NCBI RefSeq assembly: GCF_002854065.1
Contig: NZ_CP024147.1
Length of the DNA: 64,000 nt
Strand: one strand, 5' to 3'
Source of the DNA: Escherichia coli
Lineage (GTDB): Bacteria > Pseudomonadota > Gammaproteobacteria > Enterobacterales > Enterobacteriaceae
Shown here: positions 26,831 through 39,425 of the stretch, in pieces
How the letters are laid out: each line of letters starts with the position of its first letter
How positions within the stretch are numbered: the stretch's first letter is position 1
Notes under the pieces: model-generated
The model's database searches: none
The model's input: the letters and a program-made list of their open reading frames with translations, nothing else
What the model was told of the DNA's origin: nothing
Position numbers and translations under genes: made by a program

Positions 26831-27724
26831 ATGGAACAGCTGCGTGCCGAATTAAGCCATTTACTGGGCGAAAAACTCAGTCGTATTGAGTGCGTCAATG
26901 AAAAAGCGGATACGGCGTTGTGGGCTTTGTATGACAGCCAGGGAAACCCAATGCCGTTAATGGCAAGAAGCTTTAGTACGCCCGGAAAAGCCCGACAACT
27001 GGCATGGAAAACCACCATGCTGGCAAGAAGTGGGACTGTCCGTATGCCGACTATTTATGGTGTGATGACGTATGAAGAACACCCCGGCCCTGATGTCCTG
27101 CTACTGGAGCGGATGCGTGGTGTTTCGGTGGAGGCACCAGCCCGAACACCAGAACGCTGGGAACAGCTCAAAGACCAAATCGTTGAAGCCTTACTGGCCT
27201 GGCACCGTCAGGACAGTCGCGGTTGCGTCGGCGCGGTCGACAATACTCAGGAAAATTTCTGGCCCTCATGGTACCGGCAACATGTTGAAGTGCTATGGAC
27301 CACGCTCAATCAGTTCAATAACACCGGTCTGACGATGCAGGATAAGCGGATCCTGTTTCGCACTCGCGAATGTCTCCCGGCATTATTTGAAGGTTTTAAC
27401 GACAATTGTGTGCTGATTCACGGTAACTTCTGTTTACGCAGCATGCTGAAAGATTCGCGCAGCGATCAGTTACTGGCGATGGTCGGGCCGGGACTAATGC
27501 TTTGGGCACCGCGAGAATACGAACTGTTCCGACTAATGGATAATTCTCTGGCGGAAGATTTGCTCTGGAGTTACCTGCAACGCGCGCCAGTGGCGGAGTC
27601 GTTCATCTGGCGGCGTTGGTTGTATGTGTTATGGGATGAAGTCGCGCAACTGGTTAATACCGGACGATTTAGTCGGCGCAACTTCGATCTGGCATCAAAA
27701 TCACTCTTGCCGTGGCTCGCCTGA
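26831..27724 (+). CDS. ycbJ: putative phosphotransferase/kinase-like protein
   Basis: 297-aa ORF, recognised as YcbJ. Confidence 0.8.
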   Translation: MEQLRAELSHLLGEKLSRIECVNEKADTALWALYDSQGNPMPLMARSFSTPGKARQLAWKTTMLARSGTVRMPTIYGVMTYEEHPGPDVLLLERMRGVSVEAPARTPERWEQLKDQIVEALLAWHRQDSRGCVGAVDNTQENFWPSWYRQHVEVLWTTLNQFNNTGLTMQDKRILFRTRECLPALFEGFNDNCVLIHGNFCLRSMLKDSRSDQLLAMVGPGLMLWAPREYELFRLMDNSLAEDLLWSYLQRAPVAESFIWRRWLYVLWDEVAQLVNTGRFSRRNFDLASKSLLPWLA

Positions 27725-28480
27725 CGGACCTTTCAGCCACTGCCAGATGCGGCCAAGCGTTTCATAGCCAACACGATCGCTATGCATCAGCCAGACCGGA
27801 GAAGGGATTGCCCGTTCCCACGGATTAAGCGGCGAGTCGATGGCCAACTGATTCGCCGGGGCTGGTAGCGGATTTAACCCTTCCTGCTGAAAAAAGATCA
27901 TCGCCCGCGGCAGATGTGATGCGGAGGTCACCAGCAGGAAAGGGGCGTCACCAATCGCCTGTTTCACTGCCGCAGCTTCTTCTTCGGTATCTTTTGGCAA
28001 ATCCAGGGTGATAATTTGCTCGCGCGGTACGCCCAGCGATTGCGCAACTCTGGCACCTACTTCCGCTGTACTCACCGTATTGGTTTTTGCTACGCCTCCC
28101 GTGAAGATCAGTTTTGAACCCGGATTTTCGCGCCATAAACGGATACCCTCATTCAGGCGTGGCAGACTGTTATTGATTAAATTAGAGCTCGGTGCCCACT
28201 GCGGGTTCCAGGTATAACCACCTCCGAGCACCACGATATAGTCCACTTTTTGCGAATTATTCCATGTCGGATAGGTGCTTTCGATGGGACGCAGCAGGCG
28301 GTCGGCTACCGGTTGCAAACTCAATAACAAGAGTGCCAGCCACCCAATGCTAATAAAAATCTTCCCGGTTTTTTGAAAACGGCTAAACCACAGCAGCGCC
28401 AGGCCAGCGCCAATAATTAACAACATCAGCGGAAGTGGCAGCAACATATTGCCAATCACTTTTTTCAGTGTAAAAAGCAT
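27701..28480 (-). CDS. elyC: DUF218 envelope biogenesis factor
   Basis: 259-aa ORF with N-terminal transmembrane segment; convergent with ycbJ, 3' ends overlap by 24 nt. Confidence 0.8.
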   Translation of the reverse strand: MLFTLKKVIGNMLLPLPLMLLIIGAGLALLWFSRFQKTGKIFISIGWLALLLLSLQPVADRLLRPIESTYPTWNNSQKVDYIVVLGGGYTWNPQWAPSSNLINNSLPRLNEGIRLWRENPGSKLIFTGGVAKTNTVSTAEVGARVAQSLGVPREQIITLDLPKDTEEEAAAVKQAIGDAPFLLVTSASHLPRAMIFFQQEGLNPLPAPANQLAIDSPLNPWERAIPSPVWLMHSDRVGYETLGRIWQWLKGPSGEPRQE

Positions 28481-28615
28481 CCTTTCTGGTTCCTTTTTTA
28501 ACCATATAGCAAGGGATCGCCAGCGATATTACACCAGACGGGTTCATTCTCGCCGTGGCTGTGACAAAATAGCGTCTTTATCAGAAAACGTCTTAGCCAA
28601 CCGGTGGAGAAAGCA

Positions 28616-29401
28616 ATGCAGGATCGCAATTTTGATGATATTGCGGAAAAGTTTTCCCGTAACATTTACGGCACCACCAAAGGGCAGCTTCGACAGGCTA
28701 TTCTGTGGCAGGATCTCGATCGCGTGCTGGCGGAAATGGGTCCGCAAAAACTGCGTGTGCTGGATGCGGGCGGTGGAGAAGGGCAGACCGCAATCAAAAT
28801 GGCCGAGCGCGGGCATCAGGTCATTTTATGCGATCTTTCTGCGCAGATGATCGACCGCGCAAAACAGGCGGCAGAAGCAAAAGGTGTGAGCGACAACATG
28901 CAATTTATACATTGCGCCGCTCAGGATGTTGCTTCGCATTTGGAAACGCCCGTTGATCTGATATTGTTCCATGCGGTGCTCGAGTGGGTGGCTGATCCCC
29001 GCAGCGTATTGCAGACCCTGTGGTCAGTGTTGCGTCCAGGCGGCGTGTTGTCGTTAATGTTCTACAATGCGCATGGTTTGTTGATGCATAACATGGTCGC
29101 CGGGAATTTTGATTACGTGCAGGCGGGAATGCCGAAAAAGAAAAAACGGACGCTTTCGCCAGATTATCCACGCGACCCGGCGCAGGTTTATCTGTGGCTG
29201 GAAGAAGCTGGTTGGCAAATTATGGGTAAGACAGGCGTTCGCGTGTTTCATGATTATCTGCGCGAGAAGCACCAGCAGCGCGACTGCTATGAAGCATTAC
29301 TTGAATTAGAAACGCGTTATTGCCGTCAGGAACCGTATATTACCCTGGGGCGTTATATTCATGTCACCGCGCGCAAACGGCAGAGCAAGGATAAAGTATG
29401 A
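28616..29401 (+). CDS. cmoM: SAM-dependent tRNA methyltransferase
   Basis: Start at [17 protein letters not shown]-binding motif VLDAGGGEG; stop overlaps the mukF start. Confidence 0.8.
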
Positions 29402-30720
29402 GTGAATTTTCCCAGACAGTCCCCGAACTGGTTGCCTGGGCCAGAAAAAATGACTTCTCCATCTCGCTGCCGGTAGACCGACTCTCTTTTCTGCTGGCGG
29501 TTGCCACGCTGAACGGCGAGCGTCTGGATGGTGAGATGAGTGAAGGCGAGCTGGTGGATGCATTCCGCCATGTGAGTGATGCGTTTGAGCAAACCAGCGA
29601 AACCATCGGCGTGCGCGCCAATAACGCGATCAACGACATGGTGCGTCAACGTCTGCTGAACCGCTTTACCAGCGAGCAGGCAGAAGGGAACGCAATTTAC
29701 CGTCTGACGCCGCTCGGCATCGGCATTACTGACTATTACATCCGTCAGCGCGAGTTTTCTACGCTGCGCCTTTCTATGCAGTTGTCGATTGTGGCGGGTG
29801 AGCTCAAACGCGCAGCAGATGCCGCCGAAGAGGGCGGTGATGAATTTCACTGGCACCGTAATGTCTATGCGCCACTGAAATATTCGGTAGCAGAAATTTT
29901 CGACAGTATCGACCTGACGCAACGTCTGATGGACGAACAGCAGCAGCAGGTGAAGGACGATATCGCCCAGTTGCTGAACAAAGACTGGCGGGCGGCGATT
30001 TCCAGCTGTGAATTGTTGCTTTCGGAAACTTCCGGAACGCTGCGTGAATTGCAGGATACACTGGAAGCGGCAGGCGACAAATTGCAGGCTAATCTGTTGC
30101 GCATTCAGGATGCGACGATGACTCATGACGATCTGCATTTTGTCGATCGTCTGGTGTTCGATCTGCAGAGCAAACTCGACCGTATTATCAGTTGGGGCCA
30201 GCAATCCATCGACTTGTGGATTGGCTACGACCGCCACGTACACAAATTTATTCGTACCGCGATCGATATGGATAAAAACCGCGTCTTTGCTCAGCGGTTA
30301 CGTCAGTCGGTACAAACCTATTTTGATGAGCCGTGGGCGCTAACTTATGCCAATGCCGATCGTCTGCTGGATATGCGTGACGAAGAGATGGCACTGCGCG
30401 ATGAAGAAGTGACTGGGGAACTTCCGCCAGATTTGGAATACGAAGAGTTTAACGAGATCCGCGAACAGCTGGCGGCGATCATCGAAGAACAACTTGCTGT
30501 GTACAAAACCAGACAAGTGCCGCTGGATCTTGGTCTGGTGGTACGCGAATATCTGTCACAGTATCCGCGTGCACGTCACTTTGACGTTGCGCGCATTGTT
30601 ATTGATCAGGCGGTACGTCTTGGCGTAGCGCAAGCAGATTTCACCGGACTGCCAGCGAAATGGCAGCCGATTAATGATTACGGAGCCAAGGTACAGGCGC
30701 ATGTCATCGACAAATATTGA
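29398..30720 (+). CDS. mukF: condensin kleisin subunit MukF
   Basis: 440-aa [28 protein letters not shown]... Confidence 0.9.
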
Positions 30721-31405
30721 ACAAGTGATGCCGGTTAAGCTGGCGCAGGCGCTGGCGAATCCGTTATTTCCGGCGCTGGACAGCGCCTTACGTTCAGGCC
30801 GCCATATTGGCCTCGACGAACTGGATAATCATGCATTCCTGATGGATTTTCAGGAATATCTGGAAGAGTTTTACGCGCGTTATAACGTTGAGCTTATTCG
30901 TGCACCGGAAGGGTTCTTCTATTTACGTCCACGTTCCACCACGCTGATCCCTCGTTCCGTCTTGTCGGAACTGGATATGATGGTCGGGAAAATCCTCTGT
31001 TATCTCTATCTCAGCCCGGAACGGCTGGCGAATGAGGGGATTTTTACTCAACAGGAACTGTACGACGAACTGCTCACCCTGGCCGATGAAGCGAAACTGC
31101 TGAAACTGGTGAACAACCGTTCAACCGGTTCAGACGTTGACCGTCAGAAGTTGCAGGAAAAAGTACGTTCTTCGCTCAACCGTCTGCGTCGTTTAGGCAT
31201 GGTGTGGTTTATGGGCCACGACAGCAGCAAGTTTCGCATTACCGAATCGGTGTTCCGCTTCGGAGCCGATGTGCGTGCTGGCGACGATCCCCGTGAAGCA
31301 CAGCGTCGCCTGATTCGTGATGGCGAAGCAATGCCGATTGAAAATCATCTGCAACTCAACGATGAAACCGAAGAGAATCAGCCAGATAGCGGAGAGGAAG
31401 AATAA
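30701..31405 (+). CDS. mukE: condensin subunit MukE
   Basis: ATG at 30701 ([21 protein letters not shown]) gives 234 aa; overlaps the mukF 3' end; acidic C-terminus. Confidence 0.85.
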
Positions 31406-34400
31406 TGATTGAACGCGGTAAATTTCGCTCACTGACGCTGATTAACTGGAACGGCTTTTTTGCCCGAACTTTTGACCTTGACGAGCTGGTCACGACGCTT
31501 TCTGGCGGTAACGGGGCGGGTAAATCCACCACCATGGCGGCGTTCGTTACGGCGCTGATCCCCGACCTGACCCTGCTGCATTTCCGTAACACTACGGAAG
31601 CCGGGGCCACCAGCGGTTCGCGCGATAAAGGTCTGCACGGTAAGCTGAAAGCGGGTGTCTGTTATTCGATGCTCGACACCATTAACTCGCGCCACCAGCG
31701 CGTGGTGGTCGGTGTGCGTCTGCAACAGGTTGCCGGACGCGATCGTAAAGTGGATATCAAACCATTTGCCATTCAGGGACTGCCGATGTCGGTGCAGCCG
31801 ACACAGCTGGTGACCGAAACTCTGAACGAACGCCAGGCGCGCGTGCTGCCGCTTAACGAGCTGAAAGACAAGCTCGAGGCAATGGAAGGCGTGCAGTTTA
31901 AACAGTTCAACTCCATTACCGATTACCACTCGCTGATGTTCGATCTGGGCATCATCGCGCGTCGTCTGCGCTCCGCATCTGACCGTAGCAAATTCTATCG
32001 TCTGATCGAAGCTTCGCTGTATGGCGGGATCTCCAGTGCCATTACCCGTTCTCTGCGCGACTACCTGTTGCCGGAAAACAGCGGCGTGCGTAAAGCGTTC
32101 CAGGACATGGAAGCGGCGCTGCGTGAAAACCGCATGACGCTGGAAGCGATTCGTGTCACCCAGTCGGACCGCGACCTGTTTAAGCATCTGATTAGCGAAG
32201 CCACCAACTACGTGGCGGCGGACTACATGCGTCACGCCAACGAGCGCCGTGTCCATCTCGACAAAGCCCTGGAGTTTCGTCGCGAGCTACACACTTCGCG
32301 TCAGCAACTGGCGGCTGAGCAGTACAAACACGTCGATATGGCGCGTGAGCTGGCAGAGCACAACGGTGCCGAAGGCGATCTGGAAGCGGATTATCAGGCG
32401 GCCAGCGATCACCTGAACCTGGTGCAAACCGCACTGCGTCAGCAGGAGAAGATCGAACGTTACGAAGCGGATCTCGATGAGCTGCAGATCCGTCTGGAAG
32501 AGCAAAACGAAGTGGTGGCAGAAGCCATCGAACGCCAGGAAGAGAACGAGGTTCGTGCGGAAGCTGCCGAACTGGAAGTGGACGAGCTGAAAAGCCAGCT
32601 TGCTGACTACCAGCAGGCGCTGGACGTCCAGCAAACGCGCGCGATCCAGTATAACCAGGCGATTGCTGCGCTTAATCGCGCCAAAGAATTGTGTCATCTG
32701 CCGGACTTAACCGCCGACAGCGCCGCCGAATGGCTGGAAACCTTCCAGGCGAAAGAGCTGGAAGCGACTGAAAAAATGCTCACTCTTGAGCAGAAAATGA
32801 GCATGGCGCAAACCGCGCACAGCCAGTTTGAGCAGGCTTATCAGCTGGTGGTGGCAATCAACGGCCCGCTGGCGCGTAACGAGGCGTGGGATGTCGCTCG
32901 CGAACTATTGCGCGAAGGGGTCGATCAGCGTCACCTGGCAGAGCAGGTTCAGCCGTTGCGGATGCGCTTAAGTGAACTGGAACAGCGTCTGCGCGAGCAG
33001 CAAGAAGCTGAGCGTCTGCTGGCAGATTTCTGCAAACGTCAGGGCAAGAATTTTGATATTGATGAACTGGAAGCTCTGCATCAGGAGCTGGAAGCACGCA
33101 TTGCCTCTCTTTCCGATAGCGTATCTAACGCCCGTGAAGAGCGGATGGCACTGCGGCAGGAACAGGAACAGCTGCAGTCTCGCATTCAGAGTTTGATGCA
33201 GCGTGCGCCGGTTTGGCTGGCAGCGCAAAACAGTCTCAACCAGTTGAGCGAACAGTGCGGCGAAGAGTTCACCTCCAGCCAGGACGTCACCGAATTCCTG
33301 CAACAGCTGCTGGAGCGTGAGCGCGAAGCCATTGTTGAACGCGATGAAGTGGGCGCGCGCAAAAACGCTGTCGATGAAGAGATCGAACGTTTAAGCCAGC
33401 CTGGCGGCTCTGAAGACCAGCGTCTGAATGCGCTGGCGGAGCGTTTTGGCGGCGTGCTGCTGTCAGAAATTTATGATGACGTTAGCCTGGAAGATGCGCC
33501 GTACTTCTCAGCGCTGTATGGCCCGTCACGCCACGCCATCGTGGTGCCAGATCTGTCACAGGTAACTGAACACCTGGAGGGCTTGACCGATTGCCCGGAA
33601 GATCTCTATTTGATCGAAGGGGATCCGCAGTCATTCGATGACAGCGTGTTCAGCGTTGATGAGCTGGAAAAAGCGGTAGTGGTGAAAATCGCCGATCGTC
33701 AGTGGCGTTATTCACGTTTCCCGGAAGTGCCGCTGTTTGGTCGTGCTGCGCGTGAAAGCCGTATTGAAAGCCTCCATGCCGAGCGTGAAGTGCTTTCCGA
33801 ACGCTTCGCCACGCTCTCCTTTGATGTACAGAAAACCCAGCGTCTGCATCAGGCGTTCAGCCGCTTTATCGGCAGTCATCTGGCGGTGGCGTTTGAGTCT
33901 GACCCGGAAGCAGAAATCCGTCAACTGAACAGCCGTCGCGTCGAACTGGAGCGGGCGTTGAGTAATCATGAAAATGATAACCAGCAGCAGCGTATTCAGT
34001 TTGAGCAGGCGAAAGAAGGCGTTACGGCGCTGAACCGCATTCTGCCGCGTCTCAACCTGTTGGCTGATGACAGCCTGGCGGATCGCGTCGATGAAATCCG
34101 CGAACGTCTGGATGAAGCCCAGGAAGCCGCGCGTTTTGTTCAGCAGTTTGGCAATCAACTGGCGAAACTGGAACCGATCGTTTCGGTATTGCAGAGCGAC
34201 CCGGAACAGTTCGAACAGTTAAAAGAAGATTACGCGTACTCTCAGCAGATGCAGCGCGATGGCCGTCAGCAGGCGTTTGCCCTGACGGAAGTGGTGCAGC
34301 GTCGTGCGCACTTTAGCTATTCTGACTCGACAGAAATGCTTAGCGGTAACAACGATCTCAACGAAAAACTGCGTGAACGTCTGGAACAGGCGGAAGCGGA

Positions 34401-35865
34401 GCGTACCCGCGCTCGCGAAGCGTTGCGCGGTCACGCAGCGCAGTTGAGTCAGTACAACCAGGTGCTGGCTTCGCTGAAAAGTTCTTACGACACCAAAAAA
34501 GAGCTACTCAACGATCTGCAACGTGAATTGCAGGATATCGGCGTGCGTGCTGATAGCGGGGCAGAAGAGCGGGCACGTATTCGCCGTGACGAGCTGCATG
34601 CACAACTGAGCAATAACCGTTCGCGCCGCAATCAACTGGAAAAAGCGCTCACCTTCTGCGAAGCGGAGATGGACAACCTGACCCGCAAACTGCGCAAGCT
34701 GGAGCGTGATTACTTTGAGATGCGCGAGCAGGTAGTGACCGCGAAAGCGGGCTGGTGTGCAGTCATGCGCATGGTGAAAGATAACGGCGTTGAACGCCGC
34801 TTACACCGTCGTGAGCTGGCTTATCTCTCCGCTGATGATTTGCGTTCCATGTCGGATAAGGCGTTAGGTGCGCTGCGTCTGGCGGTGGCGGATAACGAAC
34901 ATCTGCGCGACGTGCTGCGCATGTCGGAAGATCCGAAACGTCCGGAGCGTAAAATTCAGTTCTTCGTGGCGGTTTATCAGCATCTGCGTGAACGTATTCG
35001 TCAGGATATTATTCGTACCGATGATCCGGTGGAAGCTATCGAACAGATGGAGATCGAACTTAGCCGTCTGACCGAAGAATTAACCTCCCGTGAACAGAAA
35101 CTGGCGATCAGTTCCCGCAGCGTGGCGAACATCATTCGTAAAACCATTCAGCGCGAGCAGAACCGTATCCGTATGCTCAACCAGGGGTTGCAGAACGTAT
35201 CGTTTGGTCAGGTGAACAGCGTGCGTCTCAACGTGAACGTGCGTGAAACGCACGCCATGCTGCTGGATGTGCTCTCTGAACAGCACGAGCAGCATCAGGA
35301 TCTGTTTAACAGCAACCGTCTGACCTTCTCGGAAGCGCTGGCGAAATTGTATCAGCGTCTTAATCCGCAGATTGATATGGGGCAGCGCACGCCGCAGACC
35401 ATTGGCGAAGAACTGCTGGATTACCGCAACTATCTGGAAATGGAAGTTGAGGTTAACCGTGGTTCCGATGGCTGGTTGCGCGCAGAGTCTGGTGCATTGT
35501 CGACCGGTGAGGCGATTGGTACCGGTATGTCGATTCTGGTGATGGTGGTACAAAGCTGGGAAGATGAATCTCGCCGCCTGCGCGGTAAAGATCTCTCTCC
35601 TTGCCGCCTGCTGTTCCTCGATGAAGCAGCGCGACTGGATGCTCGTTCTATTGCCACGCTGTTTGAATTGTGTGAACGTTTGCAAATGCAGCTCATCATC
35701 GCAGCGCCGGAAAATATCAGCCCGGAGAAAGGCACCACCTATAAACTGGTGCGTAAAGTCTTCCAGAATACCGAACACGTTCACGTCGTCGGCCTGCGAG
35801 GATTTGCGCCGCAACTCCCTGAAACGCTTCCAGGAAGTGACGAAGCGCCTTCTCAGGCGAGTTAA
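31405..35865 (+). CDS. mukB: SMC-like condensin MukB
   Basis: 1486-aa ORF; N-terminal Walker [10 protein letters not shown]; long coiled-coil; start overlaps the mukE stop (TAATG). Confidence 0.95.
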   Translation: MIERGKFRSLTLINWNGFFARTFDLDELVTTLSGGNGAGKSTTMAAFVTALIPDLTLLHFRNTTEAGATSGSRDKGLHGKLKAGVCYSMLDTINSRHQRVVVGVRLQQVAGRDRKVDIKPFAIQGLPMSVQPTQLVTETLNERQARVLPLNELKDKLEAMEGVQFKQFNSITDYHSLMFDLGIIARRLRSASDRSKFYRLIEASLYGGISSAITRSLRDYLLPENSGVRKAFQDMEAALRENRMTLEAIRVTQSDRDLFKHLISEATNYVAADYMRHANERRVHLDKALEFRRELHTSRQQLAAEQYKHVDMARELAEHNGAEGDLEADYQAASDHLNLVQTALRQQEKIERYEADLDELQIRLEEQNEVVAEAIERQEENEVRAEAAELEVDELKSQLADYQQALDVQQTRAIQYNQAIAALNRAKELCHLPDLTADSAAEWLETFQAKELEATEKMLTLEQKMSMAQTAHSQFEQAYQLVVAINGPLARNEAWDVARELLREGVDQRHLAEQVQPLRMRLSELEQRLREQQEAERLLADFCKRQGKNFDIDELEALHQELEARIASLSDSVSNAREERMALRQEQEQLQSRIQSLMQRAPVWLAAQNSLNQLSEQCGEEFTSSQDVTEFLQQLLEREREAIVERDEVGARKNAVDEEIERLSQPGGSEDQRLNALAERFGGVLLSEIYDDVSLEDAPYFSALYGPSRHAIVVPDLSQVTEHLEGLTDCPEDLYLIEGDPQSFDDSVFSVDELEKAVVVKIADRQWRYSRFPEVPLFGRAARESRIESLHAEREVLSERFATLSFDVQKTQRLHQAFSRFIGSHLAVAFESDPEAEIRQLNSRRVELERALSNHENDNQQQRIQFEQAKEGVTALNRILPRLNLLADDSLADRVDEIRERLDEAQEAARFVQQFGNQLAKLEPIVSVLQSDPEQFEQLKEDYAYSQQMQRDGRQQAFALTEVVQRRAHFSYSDSTEMLSGNNDLNEKLRERLEQAEAERTRAREALRGHAAQLSQYNQVLASLKSSYDTKKELLNDLQRELQDIGVRADSGAEERARIRRDELHAQLSNNRSRRNQLEKALTFCEAEMDNLTRKLRKLERDYFEMREQVVTAKAGWCAVMRMVKDNGVERRLHRRELAYLSADDLRSMSDKALGALRLAVADNEHLRDVLRMSEDPKRPERKIQFFVAVYQHLRERIRQDIIRTDDPVEAIEQMEIELSRLTEELTSREQKLAISSRSVANIIRKTIQREQNRIRMLNQGLQNVSFGQVNSVRLNVNVRETHAMLLDVLSEQHEQHQDLFNSNRLTFSEALAKLYQRLNPQIDMGQRTPQTIGEELLDYRNYLEMEVEVNRGSDGWLRAESGALSTGEAIGTGMSILVMVVQSWEDESRRLRGKDLSPCRLLFLDEAARLDARSIATLFELCERLQMQLIIAAPENISPEKGTTYKLVRKVFQNTEHVHVVGLRGFAPQLPETLPGSDEAPSQAS

Positions 35866-35870
35866 AATTA

Positions 35871-35899
35871 AGGCGGCAGCAATGCCGCCTTTTCTTTTT
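35871..35899 (+). terminator. intrinsic terminator after mukB
   Basis: AGGCGGCA-gcaa-TGCCGCCT followed by TTTCTTTTT. Confidence 0.7.
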
Positions 35900-36125
35900 C
35901 CGAAAACTCCGTTTCTGCACTAAAAAAGTGGCACATTACGGCGCGCTTTTCTTTAAACTTCTTTACATTAGGTTATGTAAAAACGTATCGGCGTTTATAT
36001 ACTGAAGATAAGCCTGATGAGTAACAGGCTTGCTCGTCATACTTTCGTGAGTATTGGCGTTGTACAGGCAAGTCGTAAAATAACAGCCTGGCTATTCAGA
36101 GTATGATAAAAACAGGGGGCAAGGG

Positions 36126-37973
36126 ATGTTGCTTAATATGATGTGTGGTCGTCGGCTGTCGGCAATCAGTTTGTGCCTGGCCGTAACATTCGCTCCACTG
36201 TTCAATGCGCAGGCCGATGAGCCTGAAGTAATCCCTGGCGACAGCCCGGTGGCTGTCAGTGAACAGGGCGAGGCACTGCCGCAGGCGCAAGCCACGGCAA
36301 TAATGGCGGGGATCCAGCCATTGCCTGAAGGTGCGGCAGAAAAAGCCCGCACGCAAATCGAATCTCAATTACCCGCAGGTTACAAGCCGGTTTATCTTAA
36401 CCAGCTTCAACTGTTGTATGCCGCACGCGATATGCAACCCATGTGGGAAAACCGTGATGCTGTTAAAGCCTTCCAGCAACAGCTGGCAGAGGTGGCGATT
36501 GCTGGTTTCCAGCCGCAGTTTAATAAATGGGTAGAGTTACTGACCGATCCTGGTGTTAACGGGATGGCACGTGACGTGGTGCTCTCTGATGCGATGATGG
36601 GCTATCTCCATTTCATTGCAAATATTCCGGTCAAAGGCACTCGCTGGCTATATAGCAGTAAACCTTATGCGCTTGCAACGCCGCCGCTTTCGGTGATTAA
36701 CCAATGGCAGCTAGCGCTGGATAAAGGTCAATTGCCTACGTTTGTTGCAGGACTGGCACCGCAGCATCCGCAATATGCGGCGATGCATGAATCGTTACTA
36801 GCCTTACTCAGTGACACCAAACCGTGGCCCCAACTGACCGGCAAAGCAACGTTGCGCCCAGGGCAGTGGAGTAACGACGTACCGGCGTTGCGTGAAATAT
36901 TGCAACGCACAGGCATGTTGGACGGGGGGCCGAAAATTACTCTACCTGGCGATGACACGCCAACTGACGCGGTAGTCAGCCCATCCGCTGTTACTGTTGA
37001 AACAGCAGAAACTAAGCCGATGGACAAGCAAACGACGTCTCGTAGTAAACCTGCGCCTGCCGTTCGTGCCGCCTACGATAATGAACTGGTGGAAGCCGTT
37101 AAACGTTTTCAGGCATGGCAAGGATTGGGGGCAGATGGTGCTATTGGCCCGGCAACGCGGGACTGGTTAAACGTAACGCCCGCCCAGCGTGCTGGCGTGT
37201 TGGCACTCAACATCCAGCGATTGCGCTTGCTGCCAACAGAGCTTTCTACCGGGATCATGGTTAACATTCCGGCCTATTCGCTGGTCTACTATCAGAACGG
37301 CAATCAGGTGCTGGATTCGCGAGTCATTGTCGGTCGCCCCGATCGCAAAACGCCGATGATGAGCAGTGCCCTTAACAACGTAGTGGTAAACCCGCCGTGG
37401 AACGTACCATCAACTCTGGCACGCAAAGATATTCTGCCGAAAGTGCGCAACGATCCGGGATATCTCGAAAGCCATGGCTATACGGTGATGCGCGGCTGGA
37501 ACAGCAGAGAAGCGATTGACCCATGGCAGGTTGACTGGTCTACAATCACGGCCTCGAATTTACCGTTTCGCTTCCAGCAGGCTCCAGGCCCACGGAACTC
37601 GCTGGGGCGCTATAAATTCAATATGCCGAGTTCAGAGGCCATTTATTTGCATGACACGCCGAACCACAATCTGTTCAAGCGTGATACACGCGCATTGAGC
37701 TCAGGCTGTGTACGAGTGAATAAAGCTTCCGATCTGGCGAATATGCTGTTGCAGGATGCAGGCTGGAATGACAAACGTATTTCTGATGCGCTGAAGCAGG
37801 GTGATACACGTTACGTCAATATTCGGCAGTCGATTCCGGTGAATCTCTACTACCTGACGGCCTTTGTTGGTGCAGATGGTCGTACCCAGTATCGTACAGA
37901 TATTTACAATTATGATCTGCCTGCGCGATCCAGCTCGCAAATCGTATCGAAAGCGGAACAATTAATCAGGTAA
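36126..37973 (+). CDS. ldtD: L,D-transpeptidase
   Basis: 615-aa ORF with signal peptide and YkuD-type catalytic region (HDTPNHNLF...LSSGCVRV). Confidence 0.85.
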   Translation: MLLNMMCGRRLSAISLCLAVTFAPLFNAQADEPEVIPGDSPVAVSEQGEALPQAQATAIMAGIQPLPEGAAEKARTQIESQLPAGYKPVYLNQLQLLYAARDMQPMWENRDAVKAFQQQLAEVAIAGFQPQFNKWVELLTDPGVNGMARDVVLSDAMMGYLHFIANIPVKGTRWLYSSKPYALATPPLSVINQWQLALDKGQLPTFVAGLAPQHPQYAAMHESLLALLSDTKPWPQLTGKATLRPGQWSNDVPALREILQRTGMLDGGPKITLPGDDTPTDAVVSPSAVTVETAETKPMDKQTTSRSKPAPAVRAAYDNELVEAVKRFQAWQGLGADGAIGPATRDWLNVTPAQRAGVLALNIQRLRLLPTELSTGIMVNIPAYSLVYYQNGNQVLDSRVIVGRPDRKTPMMSSALNNVVVNPPWNVPSTLARKDILPKVRNDPGYLESHGYTVMRGWNSREAIDPWQVDWSTITASNLPFRFQQAPGPRNSLGRYKFNMPSSEAIYLHDTPNHNLFKRDTRALSSGCVRVNKASDLANMLLQDAGWNDKRISDALKQGDTRYVNIRQSIPVNLYYLTAFVGADGRTQYRTDIYNYDLPARSSSQIVSKAEQLIR

Positions 37974-38153
37974 ATGAAGTAGTTCGGGGAAATCAGTTGT
38001 CGTAATAATTAGCATGATTGGGGGCAATTCTCTGCAGCCCCCGTCACTGCTGGGGTTGAGTCATCTTGACGTCTGCTTTACGGGCGGTTAAGGTGCCTCT
38101 TGTGCGCCAGAAGTGCATATAAACGATAACATTGACCTGTAGACTTGATTATC

Positions 38154-38705
38154 ATGGACAAATTCGACGCTAATCGCCGCAAATTGCTGGCGCTTGGTGG
38201 CGTTGCACTCGGTGCCGCCATCCTGCCGACCCCTGCGTTTGCAACACTCTCTACCCCACGCCCGCGCATTTTGACACTCAATAATCTTCATACCGGAGAG
38301 TCAATCAAAGCGGAGTTTTTCGATGGCAGAGGCTATATTCAGGAAGAATTGGCAAAACTTAACCATTTTTTCCGCGATTACCGCGCGAACAAAATAAAGT
38401 CCATCGACCCAGGATTATTCGACCAGTTGTATCGCCTGCAAGGGTTGTTAGGCACGCGCAAACCGGTGCAACTCATTTCCGGTTATCGTTCCATTGATAC
38501 CAACAATGAACTACGCGCCCGCAGCCGTGGAGTAGCGAAGAAAAGCTATCACACTAAAGGCCAGGCGATGGATTTCCATATTGAAGGTATCGCGTTAAGC
38601 AATATTCGCAAAGCCGCGTTATCTATGCGCGCAGGTGGTGTAGGATATTACCCACGTAGTAACTTTGTGCATATTGATACCGGGCCAGCACGGCACTGGT
38701 GGTAA
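38154..38705 (+). CDS. ycbK: Tat-exported M15-family peptidoglycan endopeptidase
   Basis: Start MDKFDANRRKLLALGGVALGAAILPTPAFA (twin-arginine signal); 182 aa. Confidence 0.8.
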   Translation: MDKFDANRRKLLALGGVALGAAILPTPAFATLSTPRPRILTLNNLHTGESIKAEFFDGRGYIQEELAKLNHFFRDYRANKIKSIDPGLFDQLYRLQGLLGTRKPVQLISGYRSIDTNNELRARSRGVAKKSYHTKGQAMDFHIEGIALSNIRKAALSMRAGGVGYYPRSNFVHIDTGPARHWW

Positions 38706-38728
38706 TTGCTTAACGAAACAGGGGCAGT

Positions 38729-39376
38729 ATGAACTATCGTATTATTCCGGTCACCGCATTCTCCCAGAACTGTTCATTGATCTGGTGTGAACAAACCCGC
38801 CTGGCCGCACTGGTCGATCCTGGCGGCGATGCGGAAAAAATCAAACAGGAAGTTGATGACAGCGGCCTGACACTGATGCAGATCCTGCTGACGCATGGTC
38901 ATCTGGACCACGTTGGCGCAGCGGCGGAACTGGCGCAACATTACGGCGTGCCGGTTTTTGGTCCGGAAAAAGAAGATGAGTTCTGGCTGCAAGGCTTGCC
39001 TGCGCAAAGTCGTATGTTTGGTCTGGAAGAGTGCCAGCCGCTGACGCCAGATCGTTGGCTGAACGAAGGCGATACCATCAGCATAGGGAATGTGACTTTA
39101 CAGGTGTTACATTGCCCTGGGCATACGCCGGGTCATGTCGTGTTTTTTGATGATCGGGCAAAGCTGCTGATTTCTGGCGATGTTATTTTCAAAGGCGGAG
39201 TAGGGCGCAGTGACTTCCCGCGTGGCGATCATAATCAACTGATTTCTTCAATCAAAGATAAGTTGCTGCCACTGGGGGATGACGTGACATTTATTCCGGG
39301 TCACGGACCATTATCCACACTTGGTTATGAGCGCCTGCATAATCCCTTCCTGCAAGACGAAATGCCCGTCTGGTAA
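38729..39376 (+). CDS. gloC: metallo-beta-lactamase-fold hydroxyacylglutathione hydrolase
   Basis: 215-aa ORF with HxHxDH motif ([11 protein letters not shown]). Confidence 0.85.
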   Translation: MNYRIIPVTAFSQNCSLIWCEQTRLAALVDPGGDAEKIKQEVDDSGLTLMQILLTHGHLDHVGAAAELAQHYGVPVFGPEKEDEFWLQGLPAQSRMFGLEECQPLTPDRWLNEGDTISIGNVTLQVLHCPGHTPGHVVFFDDRAKLLISGDVIFKGGVGRSDFPRGDHNQLISSIKDKLLPLGDDVTFIPGHGPLSTLGYERLHNPFLQDEMPVW

Positions 39377-39384
39377 AGGCGCAT

Positions 39385-39420
39385 AAAAAAGCCCGCTTTT
39401 CAGCGGGCTTCATTGTTTTT
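39385..39420. terminator. bidirectional terminator between gloC and aspC
   Basis: AAAAAAGCCCGC-ttttca-GCGGGCTT flanked by A-run and T-run. Confidence 0.65.
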
Positions 39421-39425
39421 AACGC

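Noticed and set aside
29359-30243. 294-aa ORF on the minus strand
   Set aside because: Antisense to mukF and the cmoM 3' end; no supporting features.
31429-32256. 275-aa ORF on the minus strand
   Set aside because: Antisense to mukB; low-complexity translation.
35080-35814. 244-aa ORF on the minus strand
   Set aside because: Antisense to the mukB 3' region.
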